Assembly (NCBI GenBank): GCA_963764165.1
Contig: CAVXRD010000002.1
Coordinates: forward strand, 3,264,001-3,328,000
Direction: 5' to 3'
From: an uncultured Verrucomicrobiae bacterium
Lineage (GTDB): Bacteria > Verrucomicrobiota > Verrucomicrobiia > Limisphaerales > Palsa-1400
DNA length: 64,000 nt
Shown here: positions 28,701-39,309 of the stretch, piece after piece
Layout: the number at the start of each line of letters is the position of its first letter
Numbering within the stretch: the first letter of the stretch is position 1
The notes under the pieces: generated by a model
Told to the model about the DNA's origin: nothing
The model's database searches: none
The model's input: the letters and a program-made list of their open reading frames with translations, nothing else
Position numbers and translations under genes: made by a program

Positions 28701-29618
28701 TCATGCAGTCAACCTTTTATACGGCAGTTGCGGGTTGTCCGTGGTGCCAGTCACAACGCTTGAGAAAACTTCCGTCATCGGCTGTCCCTTGCAGTTCAAG
28801 CGATAGGCGAACTCGTCAACGTAACGCGGCAGGTGCTTCTTGCTCATCTGGTGGTAAACACCGTGATACCCGCGCTTGAACAAGGCCCAGAACGATTCGA
28901 TGCCGTTCGTGTGCGCCTGACCGACTACGTACTGCTGCTGACCGTGTTTGACCGGCGTGCGGATGTAGCCGACAAGACCGTTGTAGCCGCGATGTTCATC
29001 CGTGTAAATCGTGGAGCCGTGAACGATGGCCGCTCTGATCTGCGGGTGCAACTGCTCTGCGCCAGTGTTCTCAATCACTTTGGCCTTCACTTCGCCGCCG
29101 CGCTGGCGCATGCCCATCACGACCGCTTTGCCCTTGCCGCCAGTGCCGACACTTGCTGGGCGTTTCGTGGCGTGCATGTTGCGCACCAGACCGCCGACAT
29201 ACGTTTCATCGACTTCAATCGTGCCGAAAAGCTGCCCCTCGTTCTGTTGCATTGCAGAGCGCAAGCGGTGGTCCATGAACCACGCCGTTTTTTGCGTCAC
29301 GCCGACGTGCTTCGCAAGCTGCACACTGGAAATGCCCTTGCTCGTGGTAGAGAGCAGGTAAATCGCGATGAACCACTTGCGAAGGGAAACTTTCGTTGCG
29401 CCGAACACCGTCCCGGTGACAATGGTGAAATCTTCTTTGCACGAGGCGCAGCGGTAACGCTTGCCGCCTTTGAACGAGTAAATTTCCTTGTGGCCGCAGT
29501 GCGGGCAATACTCGCCGTTGCGGAACCGGATGCCCGCGAAATACGCCCGGCAAGTTTCCTCGTCGTGGAAGTGTTCCAGAAACTCGGCCAGCGTTTCAAA
29601 ATCCAGTATGTCTTTCAT
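28701..29618 (-). CDS. IS1595-family DDE transposase
   Basis: Zn ribbon CPHC..C..C, HTH, IEVDETYVGG, TDE, HTNGIESFW.LFKRG, Y.DEF.YR.N. Confidence 0.96.
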   Translation of the reverse strand: MKDILDFETLAEFLEHFHDEETCRAYFAGIRFRNGEYCPHCGHKEIYSFKGGKRYRCASCKEDFTIVTGTVFGATKVSLRKWFIAIYLLSTTSKGISSVQLAKHVGVTQKTAWFMDHRLRSAMQQNEGQLFGTIEVDETYVGGLVRNMHATKRPASVGTGGKGKAVVMGMRQRGGEVKAKVIENTGAEQLHPQIRAAIVHGSTIYTDEHRGYNGLVGYIRTPVKHGQQQYVVGQAHTNGIESFWALFKRGYHGVYHQMSKKHLPRYVDEFAYRLNCKGQPMTEVFSSVVTGTTDNPQLPYKRLTA

Positions 29619-29670
29619 TCTGGTAGCAAGTTACCCTAAAAGTTTAGGGTAGTCAAGTGGCAAAATGGAT

Positions 29671-30165
29671 TTATTTCGGCATGAACTCCTCAATCGTTTT
29701 ATTGCGTGCTTTTGATTTCAAATCCTTGTGCTCTGGAATGAGCGGACCTGTTTTTTCAAAATCATTGTCGCGCTTTCTTAGTTTCTTAAAATCCTTTGCA
29801 GCGCCATCCCAATCGCCGTTCACCTTGGTGTCACTCCACAAATTTTGATACTCAATTCGTAGCTGCACCCACCGCGCCCTCTCGGATTCAATTGCGCCAA
29901 TTAGCTTGGGCCACCTAAACAGCGGCAGCACCGTTGTTGAAATAAGTGTGATCGCGCCTGCTGCGGTAGGCCAAATGTCAGACTTCGGAACCAGCTTAAT
30001 ACAGGCAAACACAACCACCCCGGCAAACGCCAGCAGAAGTCGTGCTGTTAGATCGCACCGAACGAAACGTCTTTCAAGATAATCATGGTATCGCGCATTG
30101 AAGCTCGCTGTGAATAAATTTTCTTGCAGGTCGTGGTAAAGCTGATTTAATTGAGTGTCGTTCAT
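29671..30165 (-). CDS. Two-TM helical passenger protein, SLATT-like
   Basis: Pattern 'ARYH...R' helix, TM1, TM2, 'W.QLR.EY..L' helix. Confidence 0.65.
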   Translation of the reverse strand: MNDTQLNQLYHDLQENLFTASFNARYHDYLERRFVRCDLTARLLLAFAGVVVFACIKLVPKSDIWPTAAGAITLISTTVLPLFRWPKLIGAIESERARWVQLRIEYQNLWSDTKVNGDWDGAAKDFKKLRKRDNDFEKTGPLIPEHKDLKSKARNKTIEEFMPK

Positions 30166-30169
30166 AAAT

Positions 30170-30349
30170 ATGAAAAATAAAAGTTCAGGCGAGTTTGGAG
30201 ACATGGAATCAATAAAGGGAAGAAAGTTTTACCCTGATCAGCCTTTTCCTGAAAAGATGTACGAACAGCCGCCGGTAAAGCCATCGACGCCAGAATCTGG
30301 AAGCGACTCATCGAAACAGTCGGGTTCAGGCTCTGACAAAAGCGATTAG
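30170..30349 (+). CDS. Short Pro/Ser-rich peptide ORF
   Basis: ATG at 30170; low-complexity tail; divergent from the 2-TM gene. Confidence 0.4.
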   Translation: MKNKSSGEFGDMESIKGRKFYPDQPFPEKMYEQPPVKPSTPESGSDSSKQSGSGSDKSD

Positions 30350-30396
30350 TTTTCATAGTTCACCCCAATTGACTTCTTTGCGCCGCGACGGATCGC

Positions 30397-30726
30397 ATGG
30401 ACTTGCCGCAGGAATTTCAGTTTGCTCAGGCTGCCCGCTTCGCGCTGGTGGTTGCGGAACCGCCGAAGAACCCGCCCGCATACCCGCCATTTCCTTGGCA
30501 ACAATTTGTAGGTAGCCTGCTAAACATTGAACCGCCAAGCGCAAATACCAAAAAGATTCACGACAATTTCTGGCTGATACACCTAAATGACGACATGCTC
30601 TTTCTAGCAGAGATATTCGTCCTGGCGAAAAAGAACTCCATCGTCCTGCGTATCCTTTTCCTGCATGAAGAGCCAGCGTGGATAAAATACCCGCCAGACG
30701 CCGCAACCGCTCCAGAGTCCGCTTAA
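30397..30726 (+). CDS. Hypothetical IS passenger protein (109 aa)
   Basis: ATG ORF inside the TIRs. Confidence 0.55.
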   Translation: MDLPQEFQFAQAARFALVVAEPPKNPPAYPPFPWQQFVGSLLNIEPPSANTKKIHDNFWLIHLNDDMLFLAEIFVLAKKNSIVLRILFLHEEPAWIKYPPDAATAPESA

Positions 30727-31078
30727 TCACGCGCATTCCTCACCATTCCGAGCGGGTTTATGTGGTTTGTGGCTTGGGTAACAATGTATATAATTCCCAT
30801 ATATTGGCTTAAACAAACGACATTTTATGCGGCACTGCCAGCGTTTTGTAATAATAAATAATCAACCCAGAATTTCAGATCTCAACGAAATTGAAGCCGC
30901 AAGAACTTGTTTCCTCCAAATCGCAGAGTTTCGCGCAATATGCTTTCAGTCAAATAAATTACTTTTGTGAACATCAAATTTCCTCGAACCACACAGAACG
31001 ACAATTTCCGTAATGGTTAGCGCTCCCAATCTGCCCCCTTGCCACCAACCCCAATTGGGTCTTTAATCGATTATCACG

Positions 31079-32809
31079 ATGAAAACGAAAATGAAGAAAA
31101 ATGCCGTCCCCGCGGGCGGTGGCATGCGGCATCACTCAAGCGAGGTTTTGGATGGGGCGCATCGGGCGGCCAGCCGGGCCATGCTTTATGCGGTCGGGTT
31201 CAAGCAGGAGGATTTTAAGAAGCCCCTCATCGGCATCGCTTCCACTTGGAGCAATGTCACGCCTTGCAACGCCCATATCGACAAGCTCGCCATTGAGGCT
31301 GAGATCGGGGCGAATCGCGCGGGGGGGAAGGCCATTATTTTCAATACCATTACGGTTTCGGACGGGATTTCCATGGGATCCGAGGGGATGAAGTATTCTC
31401 TGGTCTCGCGCGAAGTTATTGCGGACTCGATTGAAACCGTCGTGGCATGCGAGGCGATGGACGGTGTCGTGGCCATCGGCGGCTGCGATAAGAATATGCC
31501 GGGCGCGCTCATGGCGCTGGCGCGGTTGAACCGTCCGGCGGTGTTTGTTTACGGCGGCACGATTTTGCCGGGCTGCATCACGGGCGATCCGCGCAAGCTG
31601 GACATCGTTTCGGTTTTTGAAGCAATCGGCGCGCACGCGAACAAGAAAATCGACGATGCGCAATTGCATAAAATCGAGTCGTGCGCCATTCCTGGCCCAG
31701 GTTCGTGCGGCGGCATGTATACGGCGAACACGATGGCCAGCGCGATTGAGGCGATGGGCATGAGCCTGCCGGGAAGTTCCGCCCAGAACGCCATTTCCAA
31801 GGCGAAAAAGGAAGATTGCCAGCGCGCGGGCGCGGCCGTGTTCGAATTGCTCAAGGCGGGCATCCGTCCGCTCGACATCATGACGCGCAAGGCGTTCGAA
31901 AACGCCATCACGGTGGTGATTGCGCTCGGCGGATCGACCAACGCGGTGTTGCACCTGCTCGGCATCGCCCATGCGGCGGGCGTGAAATTAACTTTGGACG
32001 ATTTTACTCGAGTTGGCCGGCATGTCCCGGTGCTGGCGGATTTGAAACCGAGCGGACGTTTCTTGATGTCCGAATTGGTTGCCATAGGCGGAATCCAGCC
32101 ATTGATGAAAATGCTGCTCGACGCGGGCTTGCTGCACGGCGAGTGCATGACTGTCACAGGCAAAACTATGGCCGAAAATCTGGCCAACGTTCAACCGTAT
32201 CCGGCTGGCCAGGAAATCGTTCACTCGCTGGATAACCCGATCAAAAAGGACAGCCATCTGGTCATCCTGCGCGGAAATCTTGCGCAGGAGGGCGCGGTGG
32301 CCAAAATCACCGGCAAGGAAGGAATGCGTTTCGAGGGGATCGCCCGGGTTTACAATTCCGAGGAGCAGGCGCTCACAGCAATCCTGAATGGAACGATCAA
32401 AGCGGGCGATGTGGTCGTCATTCGCTTCGAAGGCCCGAAAGGCGGCCCGGGCATGCGCGAAATGCTCGCGCCCACCAGCGCCATCATGGGCAAGGGCCTT
32501 GGCAAATCAGTGGCGCTCATTACGGACGGACGGTTCTCCGGCGGAACGCATGGTTTCGTTGTCGGACACATCACGCCCGAGGCTTACACAGGCGGATTGC
32601 TGGCAGTGGTGAAGAATGGCGACAAAATTATCATCGACGCCGAGAAGCGGGAATTGACCCTGGCAGTCCCCGCAGCCGAACTGAAGAAACGGCAAAAAGC
32701 CTGGAAACCGGTGAAGCCCCGCTACACTAGGGGTGTGCTGGCGAAATACGCCAGCGCTGTCACTTCCGCGTCCCTCGGCGCGGTGACAGATTTGAACATC
32801 GCGCCGTAA
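31079..32809 (+). CDS. ilvD: Dihydroxy-acid dehydratase
   Basis: [58 protein letters not shown]. Confidence 0.97.
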   Translation: MKTKMKKNAVPAGGGMRHHSSEVLDGAHRAASRAMLYAVGFKQEDFKKPLIGIASTWSNVTPCNAHIDKLAIEAEIGANRAGGKAIIFNTITVSDGISMGSEGMKYSLVSREVIADSIETVVACEAMDGVVAIGGCDKNMPGALMALARLNRPAVFVYGGTILPGCITGDPRKLDIVSVFEAIGAHANKKIDDAQLHKIESCAIPGPGSCGGMYTANTMASAIEAMGMSLPGSSAQNAISKAKKEDCQRAGAAVFELLKAGIRPLDIMTRKAFENAITVVIALGGSTNAVLHLLGIAHAAGVKLTLDDFTRVGRHVPVLADLKPSGRFLMSELVAIGGIQPLMKMLLDAGLLHGECMTVTGKTMAENLANVQPYPAGQEIVHSLDNPIKKDSHLVILRGNLAQEGAVAKITGKEGMRFEGIARVYNSEEQALTAILNGTIKAGDVVVIRFEGPKGGPGMREMLAPTSAIMGKGLGKSVALITDGRFSGGTHGFVVGHITPEAYTGGLLAVVKNGDKIIIDAEKRELTLAVPAAELKKRQKAWKPVKPRYTRGVLAKYASAVTSASLGAVTDLNIAP

Positions 32810-33265
32810 TCAGCGCCCGACGAGGTACGATTCCATCTGGTCGATGGCGGCGCTTTGGGCGGAAATGATCGAATTAACCATGTCGCCAATCGACACGAAC
32901 CCGACCATGCGGCCGCTGTCCATGACGGGCAAATGGCGGACCCGATTTTCCGTCATCAAGCGCATGCCGTCCTCGACCGAATCTTCAGGCGAGATGGTTG
33001 CCACGTCCGGGGTGAGGATGTCGCGCACCTTCGTGTTTTGAGAGGTTTTCCCTTCCAGCGCCACCTTGCGGGTGTAATCGCGCTCGGAAAAGATGCCGAT
33101 CAGCCGGTCGCCATCCACGACAGGAAGGGCGCCGATGTTCTTTCGCGCCAGCAGTTCAATAGCCTCGAATACCGTGGCATGTGGAGAGATCGTCCAAATA
33201 GCCGTGCCTTTGCGGTTGAGTATCATGCCGATTGTTCCGCTCGTTGTAGTAGTCATGCTTTCCAT
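32810..33265 (-). CDS. CBS-pair domain protein
   Basis: NIGALPVV, GIFSERDY, RVRHLPV, VSIGD. Confidence 0.93.
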   Translation of the reverse strand: MESMTTTTSGTIGMILNRKGTAIWTISPHATVFEAIELLARKNIGALPVVDGDRLIGIFSERDYTRKVALEGKTSQNTKVRDILTPDVATISPEDSVEDGMRLMTENRVRHLPVMDSGRMVGFVSIGDMVNSIISAQSAAIDQMESYLVGR

Positions 33266-33483
33266 GGAGCATACTCGTGGGCGGAGCGTTCGCCAAGAGC
33301 ACTATCCACGATAGTTTTGTAGTCTAATCCATGACATAAGTGAATCGAGAAATAGGCCGAATATGTGGAATGGGACTCATATGCAAACCCGACGCGGACA
33401 TGCGTTTCGCCGCACAGGGGTGAAAATCGAGCAAAAGCATTGGCAGCGTGTCCAATTCCCATTACCCTGTAGAACACAGTTGG

Positions 33484-34989
33484 ATGAGCAACGGTCGATT
33501 ATATAAATTTGTGCTGGCCGCCGTGGCGGTCGTGCTGCTGCTGGTTTCCTCGACGATGCAGTCGCGGATGAATGTGGCGCGGGCCGAACTCGGCCTGACG
33601 ACATTGCCCCCGCTGAAAAATGCGCCGCCGCTTCTCGCCTTCACGACGGTTGCGCTGGGCGGTTTTCGCGGTTTGATCGCCAATGCGCTGTGGCTCCGCG
33701 CAGGTGAAATGCAGGATGCGGACAAGTATTACGACATGGTCCAATTAGCCGATTGGATTACTGCCCTCGAACCCCACTTCAGCCAGGTTTGGACGTATCA
33801 AGCCTGGAACATGGCTTACAACATTTCCGTCAAATTCAAGGATCCGGAAGATCGCTGGCACTGGCTGCGGCGTGGCATCGTTCTGCTGCGCGACCGGGGC
33901 ATCCCGCTGAATCCAGACACGGCGATGATGTATCGCGAGCTCTCGTGGCTTTACCAGCACAAGATGGGACAGAACCTCGACGATGCCCACCTGACCTACA
34001 AAATGCGCTGGGCCGAGGAAATGCAAAAGATGGTGGGCGGGCGGGTGGATTACGAGGCGCTGGAACATCCCAAAACCGAGGCCGAAAAGCAGCGCGCCCG
34101 AATGCTCCGCGAGGATTACAAGCTCGATCCCGAGGTGATGAAGTTTGTGGACAAGGAATACGGGCCGTTCGATTGGCGGCTGCCCGACGCGCATGCGGTC
34201 TATTGGGCGGAACTATTTCGGCAGCATTCCAAGAAAAGCACGGACGACATGGATTTTCTGCGCCGCTCGATTTTCCAGAGCATGCGCATGGCGTGTTTCC
34301 GCGGCGCGCTTTCCCCGGCGGTGACCAACGTCACCGACCGCAATTTCATGCTCTGGCCAAATCTGGATTTGTTCCCCCGGGTCAACGCTGCCTACGAATC
34401 GATGATCAAGGAGAATCCCACCAACAATTTCCAAAACGCGCATAGGAACGATTTGAAGGAGGTCATCCCTCTGCTTTACATCAACGGCCGCATTGCGGAG
34501 GCAACGAAGTGGTTCAATTATCTGAAAGACACCTACACCAACGCCTTCGTCGGAAGGCAGGCAAATTTGACGCTGAAGGATTTTGTGCTCGGCACGGTGG
34601 CTACGGACAATGAGGAAACCGACCAGAATCGCGTCATCGGCAACCTTCGCGGTTTGTTTGTGATGGAATGCCAATGCTTGATCCGCGATAACGACGATGA
34701 CGCGGTGAATTATCGCAATCTGGCCAAGGATGTCTACGAGCATTACTTCAAGAAAATTGGCGCTGTCTCCGTGAACCGCCTTACCTTGCCCTCGCTGGAC
34801 GAGATTCAACGCGGGACATTGATCGAATTGCTCGATCCGCAAAACAGCCCGCTTGATCCACTGGCCCAAAAATTACTTATGACAAAGCTTGGTTTAAAGG
34901 AGCGGCCCTTGCCGGATCCCAAATTGAACGCGCCGAGTTCGACCGCTCCACCGCCGCGAACCAAACAGGGCGCGACCACGCCGCAGTAA
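33484..34989 (+). CDS. Membrane-anchored helical hypothetical protein (PVC-type)
   Basis: N-terminal TM; LGGFRGL.AN.LW.R and VW.YQAWNMAYNIS motifs. Confidence 0.8.
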   Translation: MSNGRLYKFVLAAVAVVLLLVSSTMQSRMNVARAELGLTTLPPLKNAPPLLAFTTVALGGFRGLIANALWLRAGEMQDADKYYDMVQLADWITALEPHFSQVWTYQAWNMAYNISVKFKDPEDRWHWLRRGIVLLRDRGIPLNPDTAMMYRELSWLYQHKMGQNLDDAHLTYKMRWAEEMQKMVGGRVDYEALEHPKTEAEKQRARMLREDYKLDPEVMKFVDKEYGPFDWRLPDAHAVYWAELFRQHSKKSTDDMDFLRRSIFQSMRMACFRGALSPAVTNVTDRNFMLWPNLDLFPRVNAAYESMIKENPTNNFQNAHRNDLKEVIPLLYINGRIAEATKWFNYLKDTYTNAFVGRQANLTLKDFVLGTVATDNEETDQNRVIGNLRGLFVMECQCLIRDNDDDAVNYRNLAKDVYEHYFKKIGAVSVNRLTLPSLDEIQRGTLIELLDPQNSPLDPLAQKLLMTKLGLKERPLPDPKLNAPSSTAPPPRTKQGATTPQ

Positions 34990-34996
34990 TAATTAG

Positions 34997-35413
34997 TCAA
35001 CTCGACCGGAACGAAATGCGTTTCACCGTGTTGCGGCCGAAGCAGTTTTGCAATTGCTCCAGAATTTCGCGCCGGCGATAGCGCACAATCTCATCCAGCC
35101 AGACGTTGCTGTCCACCGTGACGAAGAGCGTGCCGTTATGCAAGCCGGTGGGCTGCGCGTGGGCGGTGATGGTGGGATCGATTTGGTGTTTCCAGACTTT
35201 GACGATTTCCGCCTCCGCCTGGCGCTGCTCCAGGCGCAAGCCCGCCAGCACCTTCGGCATCACGTCCCGCGCGGATTTTGCCGACGGGCGCCGCGCCTTT
35301 TCATCCGCCGACGAATCCCAGCCCCGCCACATCGCCAGCACGCGCTCGCGCGCTGAAGTTGGCGGCGGAGCGGAGCGGGCGTTGCGAAAGCGATTTGGGA
35401 ACGGGCGTTCCAT
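34997..35413 (-). CDS. DUF721/DciA-family protein
   Basis: W...I...I.AHAQP.....GTL.V.VDS.VW..E.....R.EIL..L......V..I.FR. Confidence 0.85.
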   Translation of the reverse strand: MERPFPNRFRNARSAPPPTSARERVLAMWRGWDSSADEKARRPSAKSARDVMPKVLAGLRLEQRQAEAEIVKVWKHQIDPTITAHAQPTGLHNGTLFVTVDSNVWLDEIVRYRRREILEQLQNCFGRNTVKRISFRSS

Positions 35414-35587
35414 GCCACTACGTTAACCGCGCGCCCCAAAGTTTCCAAGCATGACTTCAACAAATGCCTGGAGAAGGCGCGCAGGGCGAGGCTCCTGCCG
35501 CACTCCGGTTCAGGCCAAATTTCGCCCATAGTTCTGCAATAAAGGTGGAGTCCCGTGCTGCCGCAACTCCGATAGTCATGGTGTTGC

Positions 35588-38089
35588 GTGAGTAACACTA
35601 TTCGATCGACCGAAATTGCCCGCGGCGAGGATTGCGCGAAAGCAATCGAAGCCGGCCCCGCATGCTTTCATTGCGGCGAACTGTGCCGGGATGGCGTTCA
35701 TCGGTCGCACGACAAGAATTTCTGCTGCGGCGGATGCCAGACGGTCTTCGAGCTTTTGACTGAGAACGGGCTGGACCAGTTTTACAGTTTCGAAGCGGCG
35801 GCGGGCGTCAAGGTCCGCGCCTCCGGCGAACGCAGGGCGTTCGATTATCTTGATGATCCGGCGCTTCAGCGGCGCCTGGTGGATTTCTCCAACGACTGCG
35901 TGACGCGGGCCACCTTTCGCGTCCCGGCCATGCACTGCATCGCGTGCGTCTGGCTGCTGGAAAATCTCTTCCGCCTGAATCCCGGCATCGGCTATTCGCG
36001 CGCGAATTTTCCGCGCAAGGAAGTGTTTGTTTCATTTGACAATGCAAAAACAAAATTGAGCCAGGTCGTGGCGCTGCTGGCTTCCCTGGGATATCCGCCG
36101 GAATTCAATTTCTCCGACACGGATCAACAACCCCGCCCAAGCACCTCCCGCCGGTTGTGGCTCCAAATGGGTGTGGCGGGATTCGCCTTCGGCAACATCA
36201 TGCTGATGAGCATCGCGTCGTATCTAGGGCTGGATGCGTTTGCGGGTCCGGCGCTCAAAAAAATGTTCGGCTGGACAAGCTTGATCCTGGCTGCCCCGGC
36301 GCTGGTCTACAGCGGGGCGGATTATTGGAGGGCCGCAATGCTTGCCTGGCGCAGGAAGATTTTCACCATTGAAGTTCCCATCGCGGCGGGATTGGTGGCG
36401 CTGGCCGGTTGGAGCGCGAGCGAGGTGTTTACCGGACGCGGGCCGGGTTATTTTGATTCGTTGTCCGGACTGCTTTTCTTCCTGCTGTGCGGGCGGATGT
36501 TCCAGCAAAAGACCTTCGACCTTCTGGCCTTCGACCGCGATTACAAGTCATTTTTCCCGCTTTCCATTTTGCGAGTCAACGGCGGCCGTGAGGATTGGAT
36601 TTCGCTCTCGCATTTGAAAGTTGGCGATCAACTGCTCATCCGCAACGGCGAACTTATTCCAGCCGACGCCAAGCTGATCTCCGGCGCGGGAATGATTGAT
36701 TACAGCTTTGTCACCGGCGAAGCCGTGCCGGTGGAAAAACATGGGGGCGACCACATTTACGCGGGCGGACGCCAAATGGGCGGCACCATCACCATCGAAA
36801 CGGCGAAGGATGTTTCACAGAGCTATTTAACCTCGCTTTGGAATCAGGACGCGCTCGGCAAGGAGAAGAAGACTTCGCTTGACACGTTGACGAACCGTTA
36901 CAGCCAGCGGTTTACCAAGATCGTGCTGGCGGTGGCCATCGGGGCCGGGCTTTTTTGGTGGTGGAGCGATTCCTCGAAGGCGCTCGGCGCGTTCGTCTCT
37001 GTCCTGATTGTCGCCTGCCCCTGCGCTCTGGCTCTTGCCGCGCCGTTTGCGCTCGGGACGGCCCAGCGCGTGCTCGGACGCCGCAACGTTTATTTGAAGA
37101 ATTCGAGCGTGATCGAAACGCTGGCGAAAGTTGAAACTGTTGTATTTGACAAGACCGGCACGCTGACGGCGCAAGGCGCGGGCGCGGTGGCGTTCTGGGG
37201 CGATCCGCTGCGGGCGGCTGAGAGAGCATGGATTCATGCCGTGGCGCGGCATTCGACTCATCCGCACGCGGTCAGCGTAACGGCATTCACGGCGACAAAT
37301 TACGTGGTGGATGAAGCCCGGTCCTTTGCGGAAACGGCCGGCTGCGGAATGGAAGGGATCGTCGCCGGGCGCGAAATCTGGATTGGGTCGGCCACCTGGC
37401 TGAAATCGCGCAAGGTCGAGTTCAGAATGCCGCCCAAAGGCGGCGGCGCCGTCGTTGTCGCGATAGATGGAATTTATCGCGGCTGTTTCACGCTGGCCAG
37501 CGCCATCCGGGCGGATGTTGCCGAGGCCATCCGCCAGCTTGATCCGGATCACGAATTGGCCCTGCTCAGCGGCGACAACGAACGCGAGCGCGAGCAGTTC
37601 GCCGAAATTTTTGACCGCGCCAGCGAAATGCGCTTCAACCAAAGCCCGCTGGACAAACTCGAATTTGTGCGCCGGCAAAAAAAAATGGGCCGCAACGTCA
37701 TGATGGTCGGCGACGGCCTCAACGACGCCGGGGCGCTGAAGCAGAGCGACGTTGGAATCGCGGTGGTGGAGAACATGGGCGCGTTTTCACCGGCCAGCGA
37801 CATCATTATGTCTGCCCGCATGGTGCCGCGGCTGCACGAGATTTTGCGGTTCGCCAAATCGTCGGTGCGCATCGTTCAAATCAGCCTGTTGATTTCCACT
37901 CTTTACAACGTGGTTGGCCTGGCCATCGCGGCGCGCGGGATGCTGTCGCCGGTGATTTGCGCGATCTTGATGCCGGTGAGTTCCGTGACGGTGGTGGCTT
38001 TTGCCTGCGGCATGACGGCGCGATTGGGCAAGCGGATTGGGAATGCGGCGAACGAGATGCAGGCGAATGAGGAGGAAGCGGCGGCATGA
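35588..38089 (+). CDS. ccoI: P1B-type (Cu) ATPase for cbb3 assembly
   Basis: CFHCG..FCCGGC, MHCIAC, TGE, CPCAL, DKTGT, HP, GDGLND; first gene of the cco cluster. Confidence 0.93.
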   Translation: MSNTIRSTEIARGEDCAKAIEAGPACFHCGELCRDGVHRSHDKNFCCGGCQTVFELLTENGLDQFYSFEAAAGVKVRASGERRAFDYLDDPALQRRLVDFSNDCVTRATFRVPAMHCIACVWLLENLFRLNPGIGYSRANFPRKEVFVSFDNAKTKLSQVVALLASLGYPPEFNFSDTDQQPRPSTSRRLWLQMGVAGFAFGNIMLMSIASYLGLDAFAGPALKKMFGWTSLILAAPALVYSGADYWRAAMLAWRRKIFTIEVPIAAGLVALAGWSASEVFTGRGPGYFDSLSGLLFFLLCGRMFQQKTFDLLAFDRDYKSFFPLSILRVNGGREDWISLSHLKVGDQLLIRNGELIPADAKLISGAGMIDYSFVTGEAVPVEKHGGDHIYAGGRQMGGTITIETAKDVSQSYLTSLWNQDALGKEKKTSLDTLTNRYSQRFTKIVLAVAIGAGLFWWWSDSSKALGAFVSVLIVACPCALALAAPFALGTAQRVLGRRNVYLKNSSVIETLAKVETVVFDKTGTLTAQGAGAVAFWGDPLRAAERAWIHAVARHSTHPHAVSVTAFTATNYVVDEARSFAETAGCGMEGIVAGREIWIGSATWLKSRKVEFRMPPKGGGAVVVAIDGIYRGCFTLASAIRADVAEAIRQLDPDHELALLSGDNEREREQFAEIFDRASEMRFNQSPLDKLEFVRRQKKMGRNVMMVGDGLNDAGALKQSDVGIAVVENMGAFSPASDIIMSARMVPRLHEILRFAKSSVRIVQISLLISTLYNVVGLAIAARGMLSPVICAILMPVSSVTVVAFACGMTARLGKRIGNAANEMQANEEEAAA

Positions 38090-38313
38090 TCGTTCTGTTT
38101 CTTTTGATTCCGCTGAGCGTGCTGATTGCGGGAGTTTTTCTTGGCGTATTTATTTGGGCGGTGCGCTCAGGCCAATTTGAAGACACCTGTACGCCTGCCC
38201 TTCGGGTTCTGTCGGAGGATCGATCCCTGCCCATCGGCAAACCCGCATCCGGGCAAAACGCAAATTTTACGAAACCTATGGCAAAGGATGCAAAGCGATC
38301 AAAAACAAGCTGA
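38086..38313 (+). CDS. ccoS: cbb3 oxidase maturation protein
   Basis: LIPLSV...FIWAVRSGQFED..TPA.R.L. Confidence 0.92.
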   Translation: MIVLFLLIPLSVLIAGVFLGVFIWAVRSGQFEDTCTPALRVLSEDRSLPIGKPASGQNANFTKPMAKDAKRSKTS

Positions 38314-38331
38314 GGCATTTAAATACCAATT

Positions 38332-39267
38332 ATGAAATACACACATACCCCCAGTATGAGTCTTATAACTGACAACAAATTGGCATGGACAGTCGCGCTG
38401 GCCTCCATGTTCGCCGTGCAGGCGGTTCGCGCCCAAGCGGCTGACGCGGATTGGAAAGACAAGACGATCTCGCCCGTGGCCAATCCCATGTACTTCGAGG
38501 ATCCGCAGATCAACAGCGAAATCCGCCCGATCTACATGGATCAAATTCTGCCAACCTCGTTTCACGCCAAGGGCGGCACGCTTCCCCTGGGCGGCGATAT
38601 CCAGGTGATCGCGGCGGAACTGCGCTACAAGCTGACCGACAGGCTGGCTTTGATTGCCTCCAGGGACGGTTACATTGAGTTCCAGCCCGACCATTCGGTT
38701 TCCCACGCTTACGGCTGGGGCGATGTCGGTCTCGGAGCCAAATACGCGCTGATTGACGACAAGAAGGACAGCTTCATCTTGACGGCCGGGTTTACCATTG
38801 AATTGCCGACCGGCAACCAGAATGTCTTCCAGGGACGCGGCGACGGATTATGGAATCTGTTCACCTCGGCGGAGAAAGGCTGGGGCGATCTTCACCTGAC
38901 CGGCAACGTCGGCTTCCTGATTCCTGATGACTTCAGCGAACAGACCGCGCAAGCCCATTACAGCGCGCAATTGGACTATCACGTTTGCCAATGCTTCATC
39001 CCGTTTGTTGTGGCCAACGGCTACACCGTTTTGACGGATGCCGACCACAATTATCTCTCGGGTGTTCCGCTCACCACTGAGCTCAACGACTTGAGCGACC
39101 TGGGCGGCACTGCCGGATCCGGCCGCACGCAAGTCATGGTTGGCGGCGGTTTCCGCAGCCGTTTGTTGAAGTCCGTTGATATTGGCGTCGCCTACGAGTA
39201 TGGCGCGACCAATCCGCAGGGCATTTTCGGCGAAAGAATCACGACCGACGTGATCTGGCGCTTCTAA
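38332..39267 (+). CDS. Putative outer-membrane beta-barrel protein
   Basis: Signal peptide, amphipathic beta strands, GDVGLGAKY and ELPTG motifs, C-terminal WRF. Confidence 0.75.
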   Translation: MKYTHTPSMSLITDNKLAWTVALASMFAVQAVRAQAADADWKDKTISPVANPMYFEDPQINSEIRPIYMDQILPTSFHAKGGTLPLGGDIQVIAAELRYKLTDRLALIASRDGYIEFQPDHSVSHAYGWGDVGLGAKYALIDDKKDSFILTAGFTIELPTGNQNVFQGRGDGLWNLFTSAEKGWGDLHLTGNVGFLIPDDFSEQTAQAHYSAQLDYHVCQCFIPFVVANGYTVLTDADHNYLSGVPLTTELNDLSDLGGTAGSGRTQVMVGGGFRSRLLKSVDIGVAYEYGATNPQGIFGERITTDVIWRF

Positions 39268-39309
39268 TCCAACTGCGCACGTGACCACTCCAATTCCCAA
39301 ACTCATCCA

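Larger units (their letters stand above)
28021..30798. mobile_element. IS1595-family element (ISNwi1-like ends), 2778 bp, carrying passenger genes
   Basis: Perfect 23-bp TIRs GGGAATTATATACATTGTTACCC (28021-28043 / 30776-30798); 8-bp TSD ATATATTG (28013-28020 / 30799-30806). Confidence 0.95.

Noticed and set aside
35414..35588. FNR box upstream of the cco cluster
   Set aside because: No convincing TTGAT-N4-ATCAA seen.
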